Source: Terracidiphilus sp.
GTDB taxonomy: Bacteria; Acidobacteriota; Terriglobia; Terriglobales; Acidobacteriaceae
Reading direction: 5' to 3'
Assembly: GCA_049522315.1 (NCBI GenBank)
Contig: JBEKNY010000005.1
Coordinates: 47,550 to 111,549, forward strand
Length of the DNA stretch: 64,000 bases
In this document: positions 52,229 to 61,937 of the stretch, in pieces
Layout of the letters: every line of letters starts with the position of its first letter
Position numbering within the stretch: the first letter of the stretch is position 1
Made by a program: the position numbers and the translations under genes
The notes under the pieces: generated by a model
What the model saw: only the letters and a program-made list of their open reading frames with translations
Told to the model about the DNA's origin: nothing
Databases searched by the model: none

Positions 52229-53673
52229 CAGGCCGTTACCTCCTCGCGGGCAGATTCACGAACTGGCCAGTTACGAATGTCCACAAAGTGTCCGGCAATC
52301 GCTGCCGCCGCGGCCATCTCCGGCGACACCAGGTGCGTGCGCCCGCCGCGTCCCTGCCGGCCTTCAAAGTTACGGTTGCTCGTCGAAGCGCAGCGCTCGC
52401 CCGGCAACAGAATGTCGGGGTTCATGCCCAGGCACATCGAGCAGCCTGGCTCGCGCCATTCGAACCCCGCCACGCGAAAAACACGATCCAGGCCTTCCGC
52501 CTCAGCCTGCGCCTTCACCTGTTGCGAGCCGGGAACCACCATCGCATTCACCCTCGCCGAAACCTTGTAGCCGCGCGCGATGCGGGCCGCCGCCCGCAGA
52601 TCTTCGATGCGCCCGTTGGTGCAGGAGCCGATGAAAACGCGGTCGATGGGAATCTCTTCAAGACGTGTTCCCGCCCTCAGCCCCATGTATTCGAGCGCAC
52701 GCTCGAAGCCCTTGCGCTCGATCTCCGTCTCCGCTGCCGCCGGATTGGGCACCGTGTCCGTGACGGGCGCAACCATTCCCGGGCTCGTTCCCCAGCTCAC
52801 ATATGGAACCAGTGTCGCCGCGTCGATCTTGAGCTCGCGGTCGAACTTCGCTCCGGGATCGGACGGCAGCTTGCTCCACTCGGCCACTGCTTTGTCCCAA
52901 TCCGCCCCCGCAGGCGAGAAGCGGCGGCCCTTCAGGTACGCAAACGTCGTCTCGTCCGGTGCGATCATGCCCGCGCGCGCGCCCGCTTCGATGCTCATGT
53001 TGCAGACGGTCATGCGGCCTTCCATCGAGAGCGATCGAATGGCCGAGCCCGCGTACTCGATCACGCAGCCCGTCGCGCCGTCGGTTCCGATCTTGCCGAT
53101 GATGGCCAGGATCACGTCCTTTGCCGTCACGCCGAGCGGCAGCTTGCCCTCGACGGCGATGCGGAATGTCTTCGGCTTCGACTGCGGCAGCGTCTGCGTG
53201 GCCAGCACGTGCTCCACCTCGCTGGTGCCGATTCCGAACGCCAGCGCGCCGAACGCGCCGTGCGTCGAAGTGTGCGAGTCGCCGCATACGATCGTCATGC
53301 CCGGCTTGGTCAACCCCAGCTCCGGCCCGATCACGTGCACAATGCCCTGCTCGCGCGAATTCACGTCGTAGAGCTCGACGCCGAAGTCGGCGCAGTTCTT
53401 GCGCAGCGTGGCGATTTGCGTCGCCGAAATCGGGTCCACGATATTCAGCCGGCCCTCGATGGTCGTGGGCACGTTGTGGTCTACGGTAGCAACGGTGCGG
53501 TCAGGCCGGTGCACCTTGCGCCCCGTCAGCCGCAGCCCCTCAAATGCCTGCGGCGAGGTCACCTCGTGCACCAACTGCAGATCGATGTAGAGTAGCGTCG
53601 GTTCGCCCTTCGGCTCAACCACCACATGCTGCTCCCACACCTTCTCGAATAATGTTTTCGGATCGCTACTCAT
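52228..53673 (-). CDS. leuC: 3-isopropylmalate dehydratase large subunit
   Basis: [49 protein letters not shown]. Confidence 0.98.
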   Translation of the reverse strand: MSSDPKTLFEKVWEQHVVVEPKGEPTLLYIDLQLVHEVTSPQAFEGLRLTGRKVHRPDRTVATVDHNVPTTIEGRLNIVDPISATQIATLRKNCADFGVELYDVNSREQGIVHVIGPELGLTKPGMTIVCGDSHTSTHGAFGALAFGIGTSEVEHVLATQTLPQSKPKTFRIAVEGKLPLGVTAKDVILAIIGKIGTDGATGCVIEYAGSAIRSLSMEGRMTVCNMSIEAGARAGMIAPDETTFAYLKGRRFSPAGADWDKAVAEWSKLPSDPGAKFDRELKIDAATLVPYVSWGTSPGMVAPVTDTVPNPAAAETEIERKGFERALEYMGLRAGTRLEEIPIDRVFIGSCTNGRIEDLRAAARIARGYKVSARVNAMVVPGSQQVKAQAEAEGLDRVFRVAGFEWREPGCSMCLGMNPDILLPGERCASTSNRNFEGRQGRGGRTHLVSPEMAAAAAIAGHFVDIRNWPVRESAREEVTA

Positions 53674-53817
53674 GAAGCTCCTAAGCGCCAGCTTTCAGCC
53701 TTTCTCTATCAGCCCTCAGCTTGGTTCTTGCCGATTGAAACTTTCTTGCTCGTGCCGAAAACCGGTTCCTGTTTGGCTTTCGAAAATGCCCCTCGCTCAA
53801 ACACGATGAGCTGAAAG

Positions 53818-54915
53818 CTAAGAACTGACGGCTGAAAGCTGCTCTTTCACCGTCTCCCGCACCTTCGCCCCCATCTCGCGGGTTCCCAGCACGGTCAATC
53901 CCTCTGGATTGGTGCGCGCCAGGTCCTGCGTGCGGAAGCCCTGCTCCAGCACCTTGCGCACAGCCTTCACAATCGCATCGGCCTCCGCGTCGAGCCCGAA
54001 GGAGTGGCGCAAAAGCATCGCGCCGGTCAGGATCGTGGCCAGCGGATTGGCGATGTTCTTGCCCGCATGCTTGGGCGCGGAGCCGTGGGCCGGCTCATAC
54101 AAATTGATCTTGCCGCCGACGGTCGCCGAAGGCAACATGCCCAGCGAGCCGGTAATCACCGAGGCCTCGTCGGTCAGAATGTCGCCAAACGTGTTCTCCG
54201 TAACGATCACGTCGAAGTCGCGCGGCCGCTTCATCAGGTGCATCGACATGGCGTCGACGAACTGGTGTTCCAGCGTCACATCGGGGAACTCCTTGGCTAC
54301 CTCGGTCACCGTGTCGCGCCAAAGCTGCGAGACTTCGAGCACGTTGGCCTTGTCCACGCTGGTGACTAGCTTGCGGCGCTTCTGCGCCAACTGAAAGGAG
54401 GTGCGGGCTACGCGCGCCACTTCGTCGCGGGTGTAGTACATCGTGTTGAAGGCTTCGCCCTTTTCCTTGTTCCACTCCCGCGGCTTGCCGTAGTAGAGGC
54501 CGCCGAGCAACTCGCGGACAAACAGGATGTCGGTCCCGTCGATGATCTCGGGCCGCAAGGGGCTGTTGACCGTCAGCTCTTTAAAGGCGAAGACGGGGCG
54601 CAGATTGGCGAAGCCGCCCAGCGCGGCGCGCAGTCCGAGCAGGCCCGCCTCGGGGCGCTTGCTCGTGGGGAGAGCATTGAACTTGTCGTCACCCACGGCG
54701 CCCAAAAAAACCGCCTCGGAATCCAATGCGGCAGCAAGGGTGTCGGCGGGCAGAGGTGTGCCGTCCCGCTCAATCGCCACGCCGCCAATGCGCTTGAAAT
54801 CCAGTTCCAGTGTGTGGCCGCTCGCAGCCGCCGCTTCCTGCAATACCGCGATGGCCTGCTCGGTGATTTCCGGGCCGATGCCGTCGCCGGGGGTAACCAG
54901 AATCTTCAGCTTCAT
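53818..54915 (-). CDS. leuB: 3-isopropylmalate dehydrogenase
   Basis: PGDGIGPE, FANLRP, VDKANVLE, NTFGDILTD, EPAHGSAP. Confidence 0.98.
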   Translation of the reverse strand: MKLKILVTPGDGIGPEITEQAIAVLQEAAAASGHTLELDFKRIGGVAIERDGTPLPADTLAAALDSEAVFLGAVGDDKFNALPTSKRPEAGLLGLRAALGGFANLRPVFAFKELTVNSPLRPEIIDGTDILFVRELLGGLYYGKPREWNKEKGEAFNTMYYTRDEVARVARTSFQLAQKRRKLVTSVDKANVLEVSQLWRDTVTEVAKEFPDVTLEHQFVDAMSMHLMKRPRDFDVIVTENTFGDILTDEASVITGSLGMLPSATVGGKINLYEPAHGSAPKHAGKNIANPLATILTGAMLLRHSFGLDAEADAIVKAVRKVLEQGFRTQDLARTNPEGLTVLGTREMGAKVRETVKEQLSAVSS

Positions 54916-54994
54916 TCTTGTCTTCTTCTCCTCATCGTCGATTGTTCAAAGAAACTTGCACTTCATTCAGGTGGAGCGAACCAATCGCCATCGC

Positions 54995-55105
54995 TCAGTG
55001 CCGGATTCGCTGCCGGCGCGCCGCCATCTTCAACACGGCTACGCTTTCGTTGGTCGCTTCCGGGCCGATGCCGTCACCGGCCATCACTAGAATCTTCAGC
55101 TTCAT
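54995..55105 (-). pseudogene. Truncated second leuB 5' end (36 codons)
   Basis: MKLKILVMAGDGIGPEATNESVAVLK versus the intact MKLKILVTPGDGIGPEITEQAIAVLQ; stops at 54995. Confidence 0.8.
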
Positions 55106-55156
55106 GCGCGCTTGTCCCAGCTTCTGTCTTGATCTCTGTTCTCTGATCTCTGGCGC

Positions 55157-56353
55157 TCAATCCAGTTCCGACACCGGCTCGCTGCGCCTTTCGCGAATGT
55201 TGTCCGGCAGCAATCCGATCAAATCCTGATCGTAAATATTCTTCTTGCGGTCGGCCAGGGCCACAAAACGGTAGTAGACGTGCTGCAGCTCGTCGCGGCT
55301 CACCGTGAAGCCGAGTTGCTCCAGGCGATGGCGCAGTGCGGCGCGTCCGGAGTGCTTGCCCAGCACCAGGTGCGTCTTGGCCACGCCCACCAGTTGCGGC
55401 GTCATGATCTCGTAGCACAGGGGGTTGGCCAGCATACCGTGCTGGTGAATGCCCGACTCGTGCGCGAACGCATTGGCGCCCACCACGGCCTTGTTCGGAG
55501 AAGGACGGAAGGTGATGAGCTGGCCCAGCACCTCGCTGGTGGGATAAAGCTGGTCGAGTTTTATGCTTGTCGACACGCCGAAATGGTCTCCGCGCACGTA
55601 AAGCGCCGCGGCAATCTCCTCGAGCGCCGCGTTGCCCGCCCGCTCGCCGATTCCGTTGATGGTGCACTCCACCTGCCGCACGCCGGCCTGGATGGCCGCC
55701 AGCGAGTTAGCCACGGCCAGTCCCAGATCGTCGTGGCAGTGCGCCGAAAGCACGATGCCCTTCTCGTCGATCGCGGGAACCCGCTCGCGCACCTCGCGGA
55801 ACATCTGCCCATACTCCTCCGGCGTGACGTAGCCGACGGTGTCAGGCATGTTGATTGTGGTAGCGCCCGCTTCCACCGCAACACGCACCATCTCCACCAG
55901 AAAGTCGCGATCCGATCGTGTCGCATCCTCGGGCGAAAACTCCACGTCGTCGGCCAGCGACCGCGCCAGCCGCACCGACTCACCGCACTGCTCCAGCGCC
56001 TCCGCGCGGCTCATCTTCAATTTGTATTCCAGATGCAGGTCGCTCGACGCCAGAAACACATGGATGCGCGCCCGATCGGCAAACTGCAGCGCCCGCGCCG
56101 CCATCTCGATGTCCTCGGTCTTTGCCCGAGCCAATGACGCGATGCGCGGCTTGCGAATAGCCTGCGTGATGGTCGCAATGGCCGCAAAGTCGCCCTCCGA
56201 CGCCATGGCAAAGCCGGCTTCGATGATGTCCACTCCCAGGTCCTCGAGGGCGTGGGCCATAGTGAGCTTCTCCTGCGTGGTCATGCTGCAACCGGGCGAC
56301 TGCTCGCCGTCGCGCAGGGTGGTGTCGAAGAAAACTACACGATCGCTGCTCAT
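55157..56353 (-). CDS. leuA: 2-isopropylmalate synthase lacking the C-terminal regulatory domain
   Basis: FDTTLRDGEQ, HCHDDLG, NGIGERAGNA, HESGIHQHG, LGKHSGR; only 398 aa. Confidence 0.95.
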   Translation of the reverse strand: MSSDRVVFFDTTLRDGEQSPGCSMTTQEKLTMAHALEDLGVDIIEAGFAMASEGDFAAIATITQAIRKPRIASLARAKTEDIEMAARALQFADRARIHVFLASSDLHLEYKLKMSRAEALEQCGESVRLARSLADDVEFSPEDATRSDRDFLVEMVRVAVEAGATTINMPDTVGYVTPEEYGQMFREVRERVPAIDEKGIVLSAHCHDDLGLAVANSLAAIQAGVRQVECTINGIGERAGNAALEEIAAALYVRGDHFGVSTSIKLDQLYPTSEVLGQLITFRPSPNKAVVGANAFAHESGIHQHGMLANPLCYEIMTPQLVGVAKTHLVLGKHSGRAALRHRLEQLGFTVSRDELQHVYYRFVALADRKKNIYDQDLIGLLPDNIRERRSEPVSELD

Positions 56354-56415
56354 CTGTGTGCCTGCTGGAAAAACTTGCCTCGTCCGGACATTTCATTGTC
56401 GCCCATCCTGGCTGT

Positions 56416-56461
56416 ATAAGGCAAAGTTATAATTCTTTTATAATCGATTAGAATTGCTTAT
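56416..56461. promoter_or_regulatory. LysR-type binding boxes in the leuA/lysR divergent spacer
   Basis: ATAA-N7-TTAT at 56416-56430 and ATTA-N7-TTAT at 56447-56461 in an AT-rich island. Confidence 0.6.
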
Positions 56462-56636
56462 ACTAAAACAGCTTCTAGACGCTAGCTCCTGGCCGCTAGC
56501 CTTGCTCTGCGAATGGCGTTCGATGGTGCGGTCCATTCGAATCCGTTTATCGCCCGCGAATTGAGATTTCGTGCCGGGAGGCGGCCTGAGGCGCGGTGAA
56601 GCTAGGAGCTAGAAGCTAAAAGCCAGGAGCTTACTC

Positions 56637-57560
56637 ATGGAACTCAGCCAACTCGAAACCTTTCTCGCCGTGGCCGAAGAGCGCAGCTTCTCCCGCGCCG
56701 CCCAGCGTCTGCATCGCACGCAGCCCGCCGTCAGCCAGGTCGTCCGCAAGCTCGAAGAAGCGGTAGGCGAAACTCTTCTTGACCGGGCTGCGCGCGACGG
56801 CTCGCTCACCGCCGCCGGCGCTCTGCTGCGCGACTACGCGCTGCGCCTCCTGGCCCTGCGGCGCGAGGCCTCCAGCGCCCTCGACGAGCTGAAGAACCGG
56901 GAGCGCGGCCAGCTGCAACTGGGCGCTAACGAATACACCTGCATGGTCCTGTTGCCGGCCATCGACGCCTTCCGGCGCGAGTTCCCTAACGTGGGCGTCA
57001 CCGTGCAGCGCATGTTGGCCTCGCGTATTCCCGAGGAGCTCAATCTGCGCACCTTCGAGCTGGGCGTCATCTCCTTCCGTCCCGACCCCGCGCAGATCCG
57101 CACCATTGCCGTCTATGGCGACAGCCTGGCCTTCATTGTGGGGCCGAGCCACCCGCTGGCCGGGGCAAAACGCGTCTCCATCCGCGACCTCGGCAACGAG
57201 ACCTTCATCGCTCACAACGTAGCCTCGCCGCTGCGCCGCAAGGTCATTGAGGCCTTCCAGCGCTACCGCACTCCGCTGCACATGGGCATTGAACTGCCCA
57301 CCATTGAGGCCATCAAGCGTTTTGTGGCCATGGGCAACGGCGTGGCCCTGGTTCCCCACCTTACGGTGGCGCGCGAGCTGGAAACCGGCGACCTGGTGCG
57401 CGTGCCGGTCGATGAGTTGGACGTGCGTCGTGTGCTCCGCTTGGCTCACCGCCGCCAGGCCACGCTCTCCTACGCCGCCAAGGCTTTTTTACACACGCTC
57501 AGAACCCTGGCCAAAGAGCTGGGACCGCCGTTTTACTACCACGTCGAGCGTGTCGGATGA
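56637..57560 (+). CDS. LysR-family transcriptional regulator
   Basis: QLETFLAVAEERSFSRAAQRLHRTQPAVSQ...LEE helix-turn-helix. Confidence 0.96.
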   Translation: MELSQLETFLAVAEERSFSRAAQRLHRTQPAVSQVVRKLEEAVGETLLDRAARDGSLTAAGALLRDYALRLLALRREASSALDELKNRERGQLQLGANEYTCMVLLPAIDAFRREFPNVGVTVQRMLASRIPEELNLRTFELGVISFRPDPAQIRTIAVYGDSLAFIVGPSHPLAGAKRVSIRDLGNETFIAHNVASPLRRKVIEAFQRYRTPLHMGIELPTIEAIKRFVAMGNGVALVPHLTVARELETGDLVRVPVDELDVRRVLRLAHRRQATLSYAAKAFLHTLRTLAKELGPPFYYHVERVG

Positions 57561-57770
57561 TGTGACAGGGAGCAGGAAACCAGTCCCTCTTTCCTCTTCC
57601 CGCTCCGCGCGTCTATAGCTTTAGAAGTTTCCCTGCAGGCCTTAACCCGCCCCGGCCAGTTACAATGCTGAGAGCGGGGCCCGGGACCATCCGGCGCGCC
57701 GGACCAGTGCGCGGAAATCGCTAAGCTTTTGCCAGCCGCACGGTTGTGCAGTCATGAGGATCAGGATCGA

Positions 57771-58379
57771 ATGAAGAAGATCGCTTTTTTAATCTTTCTG
57801 CTGGCCGTTGGTGTGGCCGCAGGGCGCGCTCAGGAAAGCCGCCAGGACATCAGCCTGAGCGGTATAGGGCTGATTGAGCCGTTCACGGCTTCTTCCACCA
57901 CCGTACAGGTGCATTCCACTACCGCCTATGGCGCCATGCTCAGCTACCGCTTCATGCTCACGCCGGCAAGCGCCATTGAGGCCAACTATGGCATAACCTA
58001 CCAGAACAGCCTCGGCTACCACGTTACCCCCAATCAATATAAAGTCTTGACTCGCACCCAGGAGATCTCCGCCGCTTACGTCCGCTCCTTCGTATTCAAA
58101 AATTTCAATCCCTTTGTGGAAGGGGGAGCCGGGGGATTCATCTTCTTGCCTATCCGCAACTCGGGCACCACCAATCTTGACGTTAAGCAGCAGACGCAGG
58201 TTGGCGCCATCTTCGGCGCCGGGATCGCCTACGAGGTCAGTCCCAGCTTCGATATCCGCGCGGAGTACCGTGGATGGGTCACCAAGGTGCCTACCTTCGG
58301 CGACACCCAATTCACCACCAACCGCTGGTACAGGCCCTGGATCAGCGTCCCCACCATCGGCGTGGCCTACCACTTCTAA
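57771..58379 (+). CDS. Outer-membrane beta-barrel protein (OmpA/OmpW-like)
   Basis: Signal peptide; alternating beta-strands; PFVEGGAG; terminal GVAYHF. Confidence 0.88.
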   Translation: MKKIAFLIFLLAVGVAAGRAQESRQDISLSGIGLIEPFTASSTTVQVHSTTAYGAMLSYRFMLTPASAIEANYGITYQNSLGYHVTPNQYKVLTRTQEISAAYVRSFVFKNFNPFVEGGAGGFIFLPIRNSGTTNLDVKQQTQVGAIFGAGIAYEVSPSFDIRAEYRGWVTKVPTFGDTQFTTNRWYRPWISVPTIGVAYHF

Positions 58380-58409
58380 ACGCCCGCTTCCGGGTCAAGC
58401 TCAAAGCGC

Positions 58410-58440
58410 GGGGACCGGCCAAAGCCGGTCCCCTTTTTCC
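58410..58440 (+). terminator. Rho-independent terminator
   Basis: GGGGACCGGC-caaa-GCCGGTCCCC followed by TTTTT. Confidence 0.85.
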
Positions 58441-58472
58441 CGCGCAGGAACGCCACAACAACTCGACTCCAA

Positions 58473-59309
58473 TCAGGGATTTCCGGTCTCCACGCCGCGC
58501 GCCTCGCGGTAGCGGCCCAATTCCCTCACCATGCCGCAGTGCGCGCCCAGCGCCTCAAGAGCCCGCGTTCCCTCCTCGTTTGAGCCAATCTGGTAATCCG
58601 CATAGAAGATGTACTCCCACGGCTTGCCCTGCACCGGCCGCGACTCGATCTTGGTCAGGTTGGTGCCCATCGCGCTCAGAGCGCTCAACGCCGCCACCAG
58701 CGAGCCCGCCCGATGCTCCAACGTAAAGGCCACGCTCATCTTGTTCGATGCAGGATCGGTCTCCGCCTCGCTGCTGCGCCGCACCAGAAAGAACCGCGTG
58801 TAGTTCTCCGGATCGTCCTCTATCCCACGGGCAAGAATCTCCGCGCCGTAGTACGCCGCCGCCTGCACGCTCGCAATCGCCGCCGCACGTTGATCGCCCA
58901 GACCCACCAACTGCTTCACGCTGCCCGCGGTGTCGTAAAACGCGATGGGCTTCATGCGCGGATGCTCGGCAAGAAAGCGCCGGCACTGCGCCAGCGCCAC
59001 GGAATGCGAATACACGCGGTCGATTTCGTCGATTTTGCCGCCCGCGACGGCGATCAGGTTGTGGCGAATGCGAATCAGCGTCTCCCGCACCACCCTCACG
59101 TCGTGATGGAGCAGCAAGTCAAAATGCTCCAGCACTGACCCCGCCAGGCTGTTCTCAATGGGTATCGCCGCGGCATCGGCTGATCCTGAGTCGAGCGCGG
59201 CAAACACCTCCGCCGAAAGCGCGCACGGGACAATCTCCGCGTCCGGTACGAGCTTCAGCGCCGCCTCATGGCTGAACGAGCCCGGCTCACCCTGAATTGC
59301 GATCTTCAT
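58473..59309 (-). CDS. pheA: Prephenate dehydratase with an ACT domain
   Basis: IAIQGEPGSFS, PIENSLAGSV, YSHSVALAQC, NYTRF, NLTKIESRP. Confidence 0.96.
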   Translation of the reverse strand: MKIAIQGEPGSFSHEAALKLVPDAEIVPCALSAEVFAALDSGSADAAAIPIENSLAGSVLEHFDLLLHHDVRVVRETLIRIRHNLIAVAGGKIDEIDRVYSHSVALAQCRRFLAEHPRMKPIAFYDTAGSVKQLVGLGDQRAAAIASVQAAAYYGAEILARGIEDDPENYTRFFLVRRSSEAETDPASNKMSVAFTLEHRAGSLVAALSALSAMGTNLTKIESRPVQGKPWEYIFYADYQIGSNEEGTRALEALGAHCGMVRELGRYREARGVETGNP

Positions 59310-59383
59310 GCAGTTTCTTTCTTCCTCTACATCTACAGACTGCCCGCACCCGACTGCATCCGAAGGATAAATCCTATCTTGGA

Positions 59384-59487
59384 TGTCATCCTGAGCGAAC
59401 CCGCTCGCCGCGGCGAGCGGATGAGTCGAAAGCCCGCCCTGAGCGAGGTCGCCGTGGCGACCGAGTCGAACGGGGATCTGCGGTTGC
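59384..59487. repeat. REP-like unit of the same family as 44835-45100
   Basis: TGTCATCCTGAGCGA...GAGTCGAA...GATCTGCGGTTGC with internal GC palindromes. Confidence 0.8.
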
Positions 59488-59642
59488 CTTTTCCATCTCG
59501 CACCATACCACAAGCGAGCAGCCGCGATCCCACCACGCCGAGCCCTATTGTGCTGCGGCGGCGGCGGCTTCACGTCCCACCTGCTTCACAACCACCGGGA
59601 TCGGATCGCGATCGCGGTCCAAAAGCCGCGCCGCCAGCCACT

Positions 59643-60509
59643 CTACCGCCGCATCCACACGTCCGCCGACACAAACCCCAGAAACACCATCGCAATCACG
59701 CCGTTCATGGTGAAGAACGCCGCATTCAGCCGGCGCAGGTCGCGCGGCGAGACGATGGAGTGTTCGTAACCCAGCAGCAGCCCCACGGCGCCCACGCCCA
59801 ACCAACCAGCCAGGCCAAAATCGAAGAGCCGCCCGAACCACGCCAGCAGCCCCAGCATGGCCAGGTGCATCCCGCGCGCCGTCCAGAAAGCCGCCGCCAG
59901 CCCATTCGCCTGCGGCAGGCTATGCAGCCCTGCGGCGCGGTCGTGCTCGTAGTCCTGGCAGGCATACAGCACGTCGAAGCCCCCGGCCCACAGCGTCACC
60001 GCGGCGGTCAGAACCAGGATGCGCGCGTCCAGGCTGCCGCGCACTGCAATCCACGCCGCCGTAGGCGCCAGGCCGAGCGCCAGGCCCAGCCCCAAATGCG
60101 ACCACTGCGTCACTCGCTTCAGATAGCTGTACCCCAGCAGCACCGCCAGCGCCACTGGCGCCAATTCCAGCGCCAGCCGGTTCAGCTCCGCGGCCGCCAC
60201 CAGGAACACCGCGGCGGCAACGCACGTAAACCCCAGCACGAATCGCTTCGTCAGCAACCCCGCCGGAATCGCCCGGTTCCGCGTCCGGGGATTCTCGGCG
60301 TCCAGATCCGCGTCGGCCCAGCGGTTAAAGGCCATCGCCGCCGACCGCGCCGCGACCATGGCCACTACGATCCACGCCCCTGTACGCCACCCCGGCAGCC
60401 CGCCTGCCGCCAGCAGCATCGCTGTCAGCGCAAAGGGCAGCGCAAAGATCGAGTGCTCCCACTTGATCATCTCCAGCGTCGTCCCGATCTCGTTCAGAAT
60501 GCCTGCCAT
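59643..60509 (-). CDS. ubiA: UbiA-family prenyltransferase (MqnP-like)
   Basis: IKWEHSIFALPF, AMAFNRWAD...NPRT..RAIP, FDVLYACQD. Confidence 0.92.
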   Translation of the reverse strand: MAGILNEIGTTLEMIKWEHSIFALPFALTAMLLAAGGLPGWRTGAWIVVAMVAARSAAMAFNRWADADLDAENPRTRNRAIPAGLLTKRFVLGFTCVAAAVFLVAAAELNRLALELAPVALAVLLGYSYLKRVTQWSHLGLGLALGLAPTAAWIAVRGSLDARILVLTAAVTLWAGGFDVLYACQDYEHDRAAGLHSLPQANGLAAAFWTARGMHLAMLGLLAWFGRLFDFGLAGWLGVGAVGLLLGYEHSIVSPRDLRRLNAAFFTMNGVIAMVFLGFVSADVWMRR

Positions 60510-60631
60510 GCGCTCTTCCCGTTCCCAGTCTAGCGGAGCCGGACACCCTCTCCGGCGTCACCGCCCCAGCCAGGATTGCTCCGCCGTCTCGCCCATATTC
60601 GTGCACCGCTCCGTTCTGTTGACCCGGCGAG

Positions 60632-60647
60632 CGTGACGCAGATCACA
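60632..60647. promoter_or_regulatory. CRP/FNR-family box candidate
   Basis: CGTGA-N6-TCACA about 100 nt upstream of the cNMP-domain gene. Confidence 0.5.
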
Positions 60648-60743
60648 CAATCCCGTATTTCTTCAATGTCATCATGATCTCGACGCTCGTTGCCGGTGCG
60701 CCTTGATGAAGGTTTCATCTCTCTAGTCCAGGGAAGGTTTTTT

Positions 60744-61151
60744 ATGCAGCTTGATTCAACCGCATTTGTCGGCGATCGGGAGCTGATTGAGGCGCTCGAC
60801 ACGCATTCCACTCCTGTTTCGTGCGGCTCGGACTACGTTCTTTTCCGCCAGGGCGACCCGGCCGCCGGACTCTACATCGTCCGCCAGGGCGTGGTCACGC
60901 TGAGCATGATTTCGCAGGACGGCAAATCGCTCTTTGCCGTGCATGCCCTTCCCGGCTCCCTGCTCGGACTCCCCGGCGTCATTAGCGGCCAGCCCTACTC
61001 GCTCAGCGCAACCGCCCGCGCCGGCGCGCAGATCGGCTTCGTCAGCCGCGATGAATTCACCGCGCTCATGAACGCGTATCCGCTCCTGTCGCTCAAAATG
61101 CTCAAAGTCCTCGCCGCGGAGGTCCGCAGCGCCCGCAAAGCCCTCTATTAA
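60744..61151 (+). CDS. Cyclic-nucleotide-binding domain protein without a helix-turn-helix
   Basis: LFRQGDPAAGLYIVRQG.V...PGSLLG...YSLSATA; ends after the C-helix. Confidence 0.88.
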   Translation: MQLDSTAFVGDRELIEALDTHSTPVSCGSDYVLFRQGDPAAGLYIVRQGVVTLSMISQDGKSLFAVHALPGSLLGLPGVISGQPYSLSATARAGAQIGFVSRDEFTALMNAYPLLSLKMLKVLAAEVRSARKALY

Positions 61152-61160
61152 TCTGGAAGC

Positions 61161-61937
61161 ATGTTTGCACTCGCCGTCGCGCCCTACATCGCGGGAATGC
61201 CCGGCTCGCGAGCGGCCCACGTAGCGCGGCAGCGCGCCGTCGCCGCGCACCCTCACCTGCTACACTCTCTCGTTGTGCTCCTTGCCGGTCTTGCCATCGC
61301 TGCCGCCGCCTACCTGCTCGGGTCCATCCCCACGGGATACCTGCTCGTCCGGCTTTTCCGCCGCCAGGACATTCGCTTCATAGGCAGCGGCAATATCGGC
61401 GCCACCAACGTCCTGCGCGCCGGCGGCAAAGGTCTGGGCGCCGCCACCTTTGTCCTGGATGTCCTCAAGGGCTGCGCTTCGGTCTGGGGAGTTGCTCCGC
61501 TTCTCGGCTTGCTGCTGGCCCACGGCCTGCTCGGCTTCCTGCCTGACCCAGGCACGGCGCTGCGCAACCTTCAGGCCCTCGCCGCGCTCTCAGCCGTGCT
61601 CGGCCATATGTTCCCCGTCTGGCTGCGTTTTCGCGGAGGCAAGGGAGTGGCCACCGGCTTTGGCGTTTTTCTCGTCGCCGCCCCCTCGGCTGCTCTGGCT
61701 GCCATCGGCGTCTTTGCCGTCATGTTTGCCCTTACCCGCTACGTCTCGCTCTCGTCCATCGTCGGCGCGGCCAGCTTTCCCGTCTTCGCCTGGTTCCTTG
61801 TCTCTGGGCCGCGCCCGCCTGTTTTCTTCGCCGTCCAATGCATTGTTGCCCTGCTCATCGTTGCCCGGCACCACCAGAACATCCGCCGCCTGCTCACCGG
61901 CACGGAATCCCGATTCGGAGCGAAAAAACCAGCATGA
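61161..61937 (+). CDS. plsY: Glycerol-3-phosphate acyltransferase PlsY (start uncertain)
   Basis: YLLGSIPTG, GSGNIGATN, GHMFP...GGKGVAT, RHHQNIRRL. Confidence 0.96.
   Translation: MFALAVAPYIAGMPGSRAAHVARQRAVAAHPHLLHSLVVLLAGLAIAAAAYLLGSIPTGYLLVRLFRRQDIRFIGSGNIGATNVLRAGGKGLGAATFVLDVLKGCASVWGVAPLLGLLLAHGLLGFLPDPGTALRNLQALAALSAVLGHMFPVWLRFRGGKGVATGFGVFLVAAPSAALAAIGVFAVMFALTRYVSLSSIVGAASFPVFAWFLVSGPRPPVFFAVQCIVALLIVARHHQNIRRLLTGTESRFGAKKPA

Noticed and set aside
56354-56415. Leucine attenuator leader peptide upstream of leuA
   Set aside because: The short upstream frames contain no Leu/Ile/Val runs, and there is no terminator hairpin.
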